A stretch of 64,000 bases of DNA from Octopus bimaculoides (taxonomy: Eukaryota): NCBI RefSeq assembly GCF_001194135.2, contig NC_068981.1, positions 62,870,193-62,934,192 of the forward strand, read 5' to 3'. Numbering within the stretch: the first letter of the stretch is position 1; each line of letters opens with the position of its first letter. Below are positions 13,081 through 26,006 of the stretch, piece by piece. The position numbers were made by a program, and so were the translations under genes. Below the pieces are notes generated by a model. The model worked only from the letters and a program-made list of their open reading frames with translations. It had not been told where the DNA came from and did not search any database.

Positions 13081-13299
13081 CCTTTACATATCAGATAGTC
13101 AGTAGAAGCTCCACTTTAGCAATATATAGAGGTCTGCATGGGATTTGTATTCAGAGTAAGTTGTGTAAAAAAATTTACTTAGTAATTTGTCCATTCATCT
13201 ACCAAACTGTCATGTACCATCCTTGCAGTAATTAGTGATAATGCAAAATTCTTTTCAGCACCTTGTTGCAACATATTTACATACCAATATACATCATTG

Positions 13300-13742
13300 T
13301 CATTCATTATCTTTATTATCGTTTAACGTCCACTTTTCCATGCCTGCGTGAGTCATGTACCTGTTTCCAAGCATGGTAATATTTCCCTATGGCCAGACAC
13401 GCTTTTTCACCGGATTCGAGACGAACAACGTCACTTGTATGATGGTGATGCACGTTCACAAGCATTACACAATGTCAAGACAAAAGCGCACACACACACA
13501 CACACACACATGCACACATGCACGCACACACACATATATATATATATACACACACACACATACACACACTCACACACGAAAGTCTTCTTTCAGTTTTCGT
13601 CTACCAAATCCACTTACAAAACTTTGGTCGGCTCGGGGCTATAGTAAAACACACTTACCCAAGAAAATGCCACGCAGTGGAACTGAACCCGAGATCACAT
13701 GGTTTGGAAGCAAGCTTCATAATCACACAGGCATGCCTGCGC
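13300..13742 (-). mobile_element. tRNA-derived SINE with CORE-like block, internal (CA/TA)n and RTE-like 3' tail
   Basis: Minus strand: head with B-box GGGTTCAGTTCC, then ttgggtaagtgtg...ggatttggtagacg, an internal microsatellite, and tail gcatggaaaagtggacgttaaacga. Head-only copies at 22945-23100, 25205-25355 and 27678-27772 (all -). Confidence 0.85.
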
Positions 13743-13775
<33 letters not shown>

Positions 13776-14421
13776 ATATATAGTTTTAGGGGAAATAACC
13801 AAGTTTCAAGAACTCATCGATGAAAAAACCACTGTCACATATAGAAAAATTAATAATTAAAAACACAATAAATGAGTATAATCGTGCTATGTTGGGTACA
13901 TCGAGCTTATTTTTTGGTAGTTTTTGACTTATTTAGTCCCTCTAAGCGTGAGGCATTACTATATAGTTAACGCCCTTATATAAATTATATATATTTATGG
14001 GAAAAAAAACGATGAGTTTTTTTTTTTCCTTATGGGGTTTTTTTCACGCTGACTACTTGATAAATTCTTATAAAGATTTTATCCTATACTATATTATAAA
14101 TAATTAGAATATATTCAGTGCTGAATATTATTCTGTATAAGCACGTGTTACCGAGATGCAACTGGATAAATTCTAACCTCTTTCACGGATATATAATGAT
14201 GACCAGAAGTCATCGTGCTATGTTGAGTACATCGTGGTATGTTGACTGTTGTTTATTTTTTATGTGTCTCCACCATACGTGCACTGATGAACAAAAGATG
14301 CAGCTTACCTCACAGTTTTGCTGTATTAATTGAGAAACCAGTGGTTTGCTGTTAAGTTAAATGTTTTTAGGAGATTAATTTTTGAAAGTTGCATTTCCCT
14401 CGCTTTCGGTAAATATGTTGC

Positions 14422-14483
14422 NNNNNNNNNNNNNNNNNNNNNNNNNNNNNNNNNNNNNNNNNNNNNNNNNNNNNNNNNNNNNN
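14422..14483. other. Assembly gap (N)
   Basis: Other gaps: 23591-23632, 24786-25176, 26895-27445, 56653-56953, 57739-57838, 58873-59266. Confidence 1.
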
Positions 14484-14567
14484 ATATATGTAAAGAAAAG
14501 CTCGTGAATTCGGTTCTTGGAAAAGTCGATGCGTTGTGCCCAAATTTGAAATGCCGCAAAGCAGCTT

Positions 14568-14655
14568 ATGCCTTTTATTCAGGAGTGGGTGCTGTCAGAC
14601 GTCTCTGCGAGCGAATATTGCTTGCTATTTCTAATTGTTTTAAGTGCCTATGCAG
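14568..14655 (+). CDS. ADAMTS exon 1 (putative signal peptide)
   Basis: MPFIQEWVLSDVSASEYCLLFLIVLSAYA with hydrophobic core LLFLIVL and A-Y-A cleavage motif. Donor CAG|GTAGAA is phase 1 and matches the exon 2 acceptor (G+AT = Asp). No homology support. Confidence 0.6.
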
Positions 14656-15648
14656 GTAGAAAAATCCCTTGATCTCTGAACCACGACCCAGCTGAACATA
14701 AAGGTTGTGACAGCTAGGAAAAGAGCAAGCTGCACCATCTGGTATACATTACAACTGCATAACATTCAGTAACGTGAAAGGAAGCTTCTTGCTCAATGAC
14801 ACACTGCACTGACTAGTCTGTGAATAGAGGTCACAGGCATCACAAATATGATAGCTGTAGGGTTTATTTTTTTCAGGTGTTCTGGCCCGTATTCTAATAT
14901 TTAAAAAGGAAGTGTTAACATTTACAGTATACAAATTAGTAGCTCCAGTCTTCTGTAGCTACTTTAATTATTGAGTATATAAACAGATTGGCAGTTTGTT
15001 TTTCTTGGATTGACCAAAATGATGAAGACTCTTGGATTGACCAAAATGAAGGCTCTTCTGATGAGAATCCTATGAGTTTCGAAAATCGATTAAGGTTGTT
15101 TATTCTTTTTTTTTTTCATTATACGGAGAAACAACTAAATTAGCCCTGTTTATATAGACTACATAGAGAGAGAGAGATGTTTGTGCCGATGTATGTGTAT
15201 ATTCTACGTAAAACAAAAAATTACTCAATTCATAATTAAGCTCGCGAAATATCTCATAAGGAAATGACATGAGTGTATTATTTATAAAATTACTTTATTT
15301 GAAAAAAAAATGACGTTGTTGCGGATAGTGGGGAGAGGTGACGAATCAAACATGCGTCAGAATTACGTACAAGAAATAAAATTATCAGTAAAGCAGGTTC
15401 TAATATTAGCATTCTCACTAAACACAGGAGAAGCAGGATATGAAGGAAAAGTAATTTATAAGTAGTGCAAAAGATGTTGTAATGTTTTTTGTTTTTGGTT
15501 TTTTTTTTAATTTATTAGAAACATGTATCGACTTCAAAGTTAAATATATATACATAAAATTTTAAAATATGACTTCTTGAACAGTCATCAAGGAAACTTG
15601 AAGTAATTTTACAAACACGTCATTGGTCTTGTGAAATCATTATTTCCC

Positions 15649-15712
<64 letters not shown>

Positions 15713-18700
15713 CAAATATATGTGTGTGTGTGCATACTAAAAGGAAGAGAAGAAATAATAAGGAATTGAAAGAATACCAAGTCTACAATACAGTTACTGA
15801 GAGTAAACAGAATTGGATCTAGAAGTGACTAAAGGTGCAAGTTAAAATCAAAACTTCATAAATTAACAATACAGTGGATCAAAATTCAAAGACAGCGAGA
15901 AGAAAACAGATTGGAAGATGTTATTTAGACACTTATAAAGATTCGCTAGTACTTTAATTTTCAATATTTGCAGAGGAATTGAGTCAGTGACCAGATTGCA
16001 GATGTTGCAACGAAACATTTTCACACAATACATTATATATCCAAAAATAAAGTGAAAAGTCAAAAACAAACTTTGTGTTCCGAAGTGATTAAACGGCTCT
16101 TTCACGGTGTAATTATGTAGTATATTGGTGTCAAATAAAAAAGAATAAAAAGTCATATTAGTTAGATTTATTTCTGTGGTTTAGCCTTAACTCAGCGCTG
16201 ACTTTGTAAGAACCAACGAGTATATATTCCTCCGAAGACTATACTGAGTACTTAGGGGTGGTTGTTGTTATTTAACCTCATATCAGCGATCAGCGATCAA
16301 ATCTATCATCAAAAGCATTCTGGTCGTAACCACCAGTTTTGTCTTTAAAGATAATTTACTTCGGCCTACATTATCCATAATTTGGTGGAGATTTGGCGGG
16401 TTTTTCAATTTCATGAACTAAAAGTCGGAGGGGGACAGGATAAACTACCTGCATTAACTTGCTATGAAAGCAGGTAGTAATTTTACCTTGTACTTATTCT
16501 TATTGCAAGTTTTGAAGAATGCAGTTCGATTTTAACTGTTATCTTTTCAAAGTTATAATAGAAGTGACAAAGGAGCATATTCAGTATGTTTTGCTTTATG
16601 AGTTCAGTAAGGGCAATAACGCAACGGAAAGTTCGAGGAATATTAATGCAGTATATGGGGATCGGACAATAAACGTAAGCCAGTGTCAACGGTGTTTCCA
16701 GAAATTCAGAGCCGGAAACTACAGCCTAGTAGATGGTCCTCGTCCTGGAAGATCTGTAGAGCTAGCTTGACAAGGACGTCCTGCAAATCCTGGTGGAACA
16801 AAATCCCATTGTAACTGTTGAGGACTTAGCAGAAAAGCATGGCTTTGATCATTCAACGATTCATCGACACCTACGTGTCATCGGAAGAGTCAACAAATTG
16901 GGTCAATGGGTTCTTCACAAGCTTTGCGAGTCTAATTGTGCGCAGAGAGTGAATGCGTGCTCTTCTTTGCTGTCACGTCTCACGAATGGACCTTTTTTGG
17001 ACCGAATAATGACTGGTGACGAGAAATGGGTTCTCTATAAAAATGTCAAGCGCCGAAGACAGTAGGTGGGGAAAAGAGAAACACCGGCACCCCAAACTAA
17101 AGAAGGTTTTCACCCACCTAAGGTATTGTTATCTGTTTGGTAGGATATGAAAAGTTTATTCCACTTTGAACTTTTAAACCCAAACCAAAAACCAAATGAT
17201 AGCAAAGATCTACTGCGAGCAGCTTCAGCGGCTTAAGTCAGCGCTAGAAGAAAAATGATTATCTTTGGTTTCAAGACAAAAGGTGTTCTTTCAACAGGAT
17301 AATGCTTGGCTTCATACAGTGAGGATGACATTCCAAACGCTGGAGCAGTTTGAATGGGAAACGATGCCCCACTCACCATATTCGCCGGACATTGTCCCAT
17401 CTGATTATCATTTATTCCGCAGTCTTCAAAATCCTTTGGACGGAAAAATTATAAATTCATAAACTAGTGCTAAACTTTTCTTACTCTTTCTATATTTTTG
17501 TTAAGTTAGAATTTTTTTTTTTTGATTCTGCCTTCTGCGTAATGGAATCGATACGATTATGCAAAAAAACTCCCCACTCCAATATGTCAGATTGTTGCAC
17601 AAGTTCTGGTTGTTTTGATAAGAGAAATCGGAAAGGTTTGAAATTATTTCATCGGCACTTACTTGTACCAAAGAGCACTCTTTTGATAGACAACACGTTG
17701 ATCTCATAAGTGTCGCGTGGTAGAAATAAACGCAATTGCCAAACTTTCAATTCATTATTTTGTTGTTGCTTTTTTTTTGGCATTTCAATTTGTACATCTG
17801 TACTCCTGACTGCGTACAAGTGCATATGTAAAACGACGTCCTTTATTTTTTAACCATTATCTGCTGATATCAAAATAAGTAGTATATTGAAAAATAAAAA
17901 TATTTTCTAGATCTGCATTATTTGTGACTCCAAGGGTCAAAAGGGGTCTTTTGGCGAAAATGGGTTGAGAACCTTTGCTCTAGAACAATACTCTATGTAA
18001 AACCAAAAATATGACACCGTAGTCATAATACTCACTTGAACTTCTAACTTGTCTCTTGAGGTCTCTGAGTGAGACTTGGAATAAAAAAAAAGAATTATTT
18101 CACGTTTTCCCGAAGTTTCTAAATTCTTATGACGTTATCAACATGCTATTCTCACTGGTAAGCATTAAGTTTCTAAAATAGATAGAAAATTCGGAAGATT
18201 GCTTTGATCCAGTGGCATAGTGACTGTCATATCTACGGGCAGCCTTCAACGTTTTCTATCGAAAGGGATTCTTTAACCAATATTTACAATAATTTTGTAT
18301 TTCTTTCTGTTTATCAAAAAATTCATTTCATATTTTCAAAAACTGAATTAATCCTGCTTTGATTAAACCTTAGAGTAGTGCTTAATTATCCTTATTTTTT
18401 CTGTTTTACTTTTTCAGATTATGAGGCGGCATACGCAGTTGCATTCAATTCAAAAGGAGAGACTCTGATAAAACACACCAGAAATAAATCATTATTATTT
18501 GTAGATGATCTCGATATAATATACATTAACATAAGCAGCGCTTTAAAGGAATTTCAATTAAAATTCATCCGAAACGTGGATGTTTTTTCACCCGTGTTTC
18601 AAGTCCATTATCAAATGCCAAACAATAGTAGCAATAAAGAGTCTTCTTTGGACGTTCAAATGGAAGAAAATATTGAGACGAACAATGTTCGGGCTTGTTT

Positions 18701-21608
18701 TTACAGGGGTTCCTTAATCGGAGAAGATGATTCCTATGCTGCAATGAGCATCTGCGGTGGTTTGGTAAGTCTTAGATCTGCATTATCTGTTTTGGTTGTT
18801 GTTATTATTTTCCATACTGTTCGGAATGACGACGAAGTGAAATTCGACGGTGCTATACAAGTTTGAATGAATAGCTTTGCAGAAGTTCCAATGTTACACC
18901 GTTCGGCTCATATTTAGCCATTTCCAAACTTCCATGTTGGCTGCATGAATTGTTGGTTTTGTTGTTGGTTTTGTGTGGAAATAACATTGACAGATAAGTT
19001 GTTGCTGTTGTTGTTGTCGCTGCTGTAGTTGTTGTTGTTGTTGTTGGTGTTGGTGTTGGTGGTGTTGGTGGTGGTGGTGTTTTTGAGGCTGCTGGTTTTG
19101 AGAACGAAGCACAGAATGGAATGGTTTGAGGACAAGTATTCACTGTAAGGAATACGAAGTTATCCAATTTCCGAACAGAAATGAAATTCGTTAATTGCCG
19201 GCGCCCCGATGCTTTGCGACTTACGAATAAACATAGTCATATTAATATGTATTAAATCTCTTGTTGCATTTAATATGTATTAAATCTCTGTTGCATTTAA
19301 TACGTATTAAATCTCTGTTGCATTTAATATGTATTGAATTTCTATTGCATTTAATATATATTAAATCTCTGCTGCATCAGGCCACATGAAGTCCTTTTGA
19401 AGATTGCGATGAGGCTTAAAACGACTTGCTTTGTGGTTTTTAACAATTCGTATAGATTCGGTTACGTCTCCACTAGAAGATGCAGATAATTGCTACATAT
19501 TAAATGTGATCAAGACAGGGAATGATAAAACTTATTTACATGATGGCACAAGGTTAGCAACCAGGTAATAGTAACGAGATAACTAATACAAGATTGATTA
19601 TTTGCAAATTAATATACAAGAGCATATTCATATGTATTAATTTCGCTGTAAAATACTGATTTCAAATTTTGGCACAGGGCCAGAAATTTCTGGGAAGGGG
19701 ATAAGTCGATTACATCGACCCCAGTGTTCAACTGAAACTTATTTTATCGACCTCGAAAGGATGAAGGGCAAAGTCGACCTCGGCGGAATTTGAACTCAGA
19801 ACGTGAAGATGAACGAAATGTCGCTAAACATTTTGCCCGGTGCGCAATCGATTCTGTCAGCTCGCCGCCTTCTCGCTGTTAAGTAACAACGTCATGAAGA
19901 CATTTTCAGAAGCTTGGAATGTTTTATTTGGTGACTGCAAACTGATGATTTCGTGACAACTACTCTATTTTACATATAACATCTTACAGAAGGCATCTTA
20001 TTTTGGAAGGCGTTAAATATAGTGTCTCGCGCTGTCTTGTTGAATATTAGATATCGAAGAAACAAGCAAATAATCGTGGCTTCTTGTCAAAAATAAAGGA
20101 CATGTATAGTCAATTTTACTTAATTGACAATACATCCTAATCAAATTTTTATATCAATATATGACTTACAGTTCTTAAACAATATTGAGAATACGCAGGC
20201 TTGATAACAGTAAGTTAGCAATTTCGAAAAACAGTCCCACTCAGTTACAGTCCAATCAAAATAACACATGCTCCCATAATTCAGTTGTTTATATTCAGTC
20301 CATATTCAGACTATAATGCTGCTGCTGTTTAGTCCAATATCATCCATGCTGGAGCACACTTTTGATTAAAGATTTTCCAGCTATAACCATGTCGTCTTTT
20401 AATCATTCTTAGATACTCAGGCACAGAGTATGTGAAGCTTATAATACTGAATGTCTTTCCCTTCTTTAGAGAACATATGATAGGATTTGAAATGACTTTG
20501 CTGTCTTTTTAGCCGGTAACAATTACACTGGATCGTTGTTGATTCGATATTCAGAAGCTATATTTAACCTAGTGGTATAGATTTATCAACTAGCGGTCAA
20601 ATAAAACTTTTCAGTCTTTCTATCTTTCTCTCTTCTCTATTAAATCTGTTGTGGTGAAAACAGGAGATGGATGGGCTCTGCCAGGTCTGAATGCATTAAG
20701 GACACGTCACAGCTGTTTCCGTACAACTTCATCAAGATGTTCAAAGCACAAAGCAAAGCAGGGTATGCAGTAAGGTAGTGTGAGGAATTTGATCTTCTTC
20801 AACTCATAACTTTACCCGTAACCAATAGATGGATATTTATTAAAATGTACAAGGTGGTTCAGTTGTTAATATACACCAATATGAGGGCAGCGACTTGGCA
20901 GATCGTTTACACGTTGGGCAAAATGCTTAGTGGCATTTCGTCCCTCTTTATGTTCTAAGTTAAAATTCCACCGAGGTCGAGTTTGCCTTTCATTCTTTCG
21001 AAGTTGATAAAATAAGTACCAGTTGAGCACTGGGGTCGGTGTAACCACCTCGTCCTCTCTCCTTGCGTCAAAATTTGAAATCAGCATGCACAGATATGAC
21101 TAAAACCTCAACCACAAGGAAAATTCAATGAGAAAGCCTCCACACAATCGCTTAACGTTCTAGAAGTAGCTAAATCCCCTTCAGATCATAACAGCCATCA
21201 AAAACGAGCTCTATAGTTTTCAATATAGAAAAGAGATAGTCACAACCAGAATGCTTTTGATCATGGAACCACTCAATCAGGAACAGGTTTAAATAATAAT
21301 AACAACAACAACGACCCAACCAGATTTATTACAACACATTATAAAGTATCTATTAACTATATGCACTTGGGTACACTGTTGTTGAAGTTTTGCTGACTAA
21401 TCGCATTCATGGCTGTAGCAAAAGTAATGCAATATTGTATGCAGCGCAGTACAATAGCCGCAGTTTTCTTTTTGATACAAAATATGAATCGAATACAGTT
21501 CTATATTTAAGAGATGAATTGCGTAAATAATGTACATAATGAATCAAATACTTCACTATATTATTTTACAGTGTTATGCAGTGCGTTTTATAAAGAGATA
21601 GATACGTA

Positions 21609-21639
<31 letters not shown>

Positions 21640-21761
21640 TTGTGTGTGTGTGTTTATTTGTGAAGTCCTTCAGCATTTGATTAATCTCAATACCAGTAAA
21701 CCAAGTTGACATGAGAATGCAAGGGGTATTTCAAGTACTGTGCACTAAACGAATGAACGAG

Positions 21762-21825
<64 letters not shown>

Positions 21826-23817
21826 TTAAATAAGCAGAAAATGGAGAAAACTTTTGGTCAACAAAACAAACAAATTGACCAACATCGGTTAATTATTTTT
21901 TAATGCAAAAAATAACGTAACGTTATGTTTTGTATTAAAAAATAATTTTGCACTAAGGGAGTATATGTACTGAGCAGTACAGTAACTTAAGTACCAGTGT
22001 TTCTGTTCTATTAATCAATGTGATAGATAAAATTATGAAATAGACTGACATAGTCTTTTCTTTTTTAGCCAAAGTAGTACTGAACACTATTTTTGCACGT
22101 CGATGTTGGTTGATTTGTTTGTTTTGTTGATCAAAAGTTTTCGCCATTTCTACTTATTTAAATTTGATTCCTGATAAACGTTTTTGTTTATTCTGTTATT
22201 ACCTGTACCTTATGAGCATAGTGTGCTTGCATACCCATTCCCAGAGTTAACATAGGTAAATGATACCGGTAGTAAGAACGGATATTCTTATCCTTTAGAC
22301 GGTTATTCCAACCGCTAACTCTACTTACCTTATATATATATATATAATGAATTTATGGAGAAAGAATATCAGAGATCCTCTATATATACTTTTTACATTG
22401 GCTACCGTTCACCGTTTTAGAAATAATTGCTAAATCTCCTTTGGCGTGCCAGCGAGGGTCCACTACGCTGCCAGAATTGTCGTCAGAATGACTTTCCAAA
22501 TATTTCTCAGCGAATCTACTTATTCGCTCGACCAGCTAAAATCAGTATCTGACGAGTGAGTGAGGAAACCTTTACATGGTCGTTTGATCTGCTAGAAATA
22601 ACAGCCGAATCTCACTTAATGAGCCAAAGATTTGATCATCTCAACACATTTATGTTTCTGTACCCATGTAAAAGGTATATATAGAAGGTCTCTGATATTA
22701 TCTTTCTCCTACATATACTTTTTCACCCTATTACTAGTTCCAGTTTGTGGCTTTGCTAGAACACCGCCCTGGAGGGTTTAGTAGATTAAATTGACCCCTA
22801 TATTTATATTTTGAGTTTGATACTTACATTGCCTCTTTTCCTGAACCGCTTAGTAAGGGGAACCTCACCAAGCCAACATCAGTTGTCAAGCGATGAGAAA
22901 CGATGAGAATATATACATATTCTTATACACATACATACTAGTATACACACGACGAGCTTCCCTAGTTTCCATCTACAAAATTCATTCACAAAATATTGGT
23001 CAACTTGAGCTATAGCAAAAAAACCCTTGCCCAAAGAGCCACACACTAAGGCTAATCTGAAACCATGGGATTACAGAGTGATCTTCTTAACCACCCAGTC
23101 ATTTCTTTGCATAGTAAAGCAAAGAGATTTAATTGCTTAATGTTCAATGATCAGCGATACGCATCAATTGGATTATTAACTCTATTAACATCGAAATGAG
23201 ATTTGTGCAACATATTAGTCTCACAAGGGCTTAAGAAAGGATTAAATGAACTAGCTACAAACAAAATTTGAATTGGAGCCGTGGACTCTGTTCTCATGTA
23301 GATTTCTCTGATGCTAATTACATAAACACACACCTATGAACACTGTCATATGTGCATATGTGTGTGCATGTGACTTATGTGTGTGTTTTATATATTGTGT
23401 GTCATTAGAGCATGAATAAGATATCTCGTTTCTTGTAATTCTTAACGTTCTTATTTCAAATTCCACTCAACTAAGCTTCCCTTTTCAACTTTACGGGGTC
23501 AATAAAGGCAAATACCATTTCATGGCTGTTATTTAGCAGAATTCTAGGATGAACGTTGGGCGACATGCCTTCCAGTATACTTTTTTTTTTNNNNNNNNNN
23601 NNNNNNNNNNNNNNNNNNNNNNNNNNNNNNNNGTCTGTGTGTGCTGAATCCAAATTCTCCCGTCCTGTCAAAGAAAAAGCTGAGCTCTTTCGTATCCACA
23701 AGATTCTTAAACAAGAAACCAAGTGTTTCAGCTGAGTCATCTCTATGCCAAAACATTGGCTGACAATTGATAATGCAAGGCAACCTTCAATTCTCGTGTG
23801 TTTTTTTAATATGCACG

Positions 23818-23850
<33 letters not shown>

Positions 23851-24635
23851 CAGAGGCTACTCCACGTCATCAGCGTCACTCGGGCTCTTCACGGATTTCG
23901 AATAAGACACTCGAAGAATTTCACATTTTCCCGCTATATTTCTAGCCCCAAATGGCTTATTTTTTTTTATATCTAGCAATATGTCTTTCTCCATTTCTAA
24001 GTTAAGCGGAAAAATAAAACAACCCTGCAAAACACATCTGACCTTTACACAGATGCACAGAATAACGGCAATCAAATAACAACAGCGGAGTACACAACAA
24101 GCATCAGCGATCTTACTGTCACCTGTACTCTTGAAAAGATATGTCAGTTAGTCTTTTATACCTACCAGGCTAGTTCGTATTAGCCCGAATTACTGGATAA
24201 TTTTTTTGTTCCTTCAAGAATATTTTAGATCGGAAACTTTTCATGGATTGGAATTTAAATTCTAATCTCTACAGAAAATTAATTGTTTCAAGAAAACATT
24301 GAATTTGAATTATCTTTAATTTTTACGATTATAGATAACAACTCGGTCTGTAACTTCTGAGCCCGAGTCAGGCGTGTGTGAATGATGTAGAGAAAACGTC
24401 TGCTACGAATGATATTTTTTGATACAGGGCACCTCTATGACGACCGCCAGACGCTGAACGAAAATAAATTGACTGCGACCAGGCTCAATAAAAGGAGCCC
24501 GAGTTATTGGCTGCAATTACAGACTTGAAGTCAGTGTTGGTCGACATTAAATCAGCTTGCAAATACACGTTCACTTTACTAAATTTATACTCGGGCTAAG
24601 CCCGAACAGCCCAAACAGCCCGAGTGCCGGAGTCG

Positions 24636-24675
<40 letters not shown>

Positions 24676-25773
24676 CATTATAACTTGACAATGTTCCAGC
24701 TATATGTACATATTATAACAGATTTCTCTTATTTTTGTAACTGTTTCCTGCAGTTAGTTTAGAAAAATAATATTTTTAAATCCATNNNNNNNNNNNNNNN
24801 NNNNNNNNNNNNNNNNNNNNNNNNNNNNNNNNNNNNNNNNNNNNNNNNNNNNNNNNNNNNNNNNNNNNNNNNNNNNNNNNNNNNNNNNNNNNNNNNNNNN
24901 NNNNNNNNNNNNNNNNNNNNNNNNNNNNNNNNNNNNNNNNNNNNNNNNNNNNNNNNNNNNNNNNNNNNNNNNNNNNNNNNNNNNNNNNNNNNNNNNNNNN
25001 NNNNNNNNNNNNNNNNNNNNNNNNNNNNNNNNNNNNNNNNNNNNNNNNNNNNNNNNNNNNNNNNNNNNNNNNNNNNNNNNNNNNNNNNNNNNNNNNNNNN
25101 NNNNNNNNNNNNNNNNNNNNNNNNNNNNNNNNNNNNNNNNNNNNNNNNNNNNNNNNNNNNNNNNNNNNNNNNNNNNATATATATATATATAATATTTATA
25201 CACGATGGTCTTCTTTCAGTTTCCTTCAACTAAATCCACTCTCGAGGCTTTGGTCGATCCGAGTCTATGTAGGACACACTTGTCCAAAGTGCCACGCAGT
25301 GGGACTGAACCCGGGGCCACGTGGCTGGCAAGCAAACTTCTTGCCACACAGTCATGTATATATGTGTATGAAACTGAAATACAATCTGCCCTGCTTACAT
25401 TGACTGACTGATTATCTAAATATATATTTTTATATAAAATTCATTCATAAGCACAATTGTTGTCAATGTTCATCACGCTACTGTTATTATTTATTTTATT
25501 TTGTTTTATTTAAGATTAATTCATAATTACATTATTGTGATTGCAGAGTGGAATTATCCAAACTTCCTTGGGTGACTTTATCATACAGCCATATCCGGAC
25601 TCAAAAGAAGCAAGTTCTACAAAATATGGATTTACGAAAGGTGCGAAGAATAACAGAGTTCCGCTCATATTATACCGGATGTCATCTCTTCATGATGTTT
25701 ATCATGACCTGACAAATGGTAAGATTCTGGAGCGCATATGCACGCACGCACAAGCGTAAATCATTAAATATAG

Positions 25774-25804
<31 letters not shown>

Positions 25805-25914
25805 AAAATATATATATAAGGGACTTCTTTCTTACTTTAGTTTCATGATCTTTTACAGGGCCTCCAAGACTAGTAGAAAGAAGAGAGAAATGTAACCGGG
25901 GAACCTGGCCGGAA

Positions 25915-26006
<92 letters not shown>

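Noticed and set aside
18853-19167. Poly-Q/H/T/N ORFs on the minus strand
   Set aside because: Produced by a (GTT/GGT)n microsatellite.
19242-19377. CRISPR-like array
   Set aside because: Units are contiguous with no unique spacers, the context is eukaryotic, and there are no cas genes.
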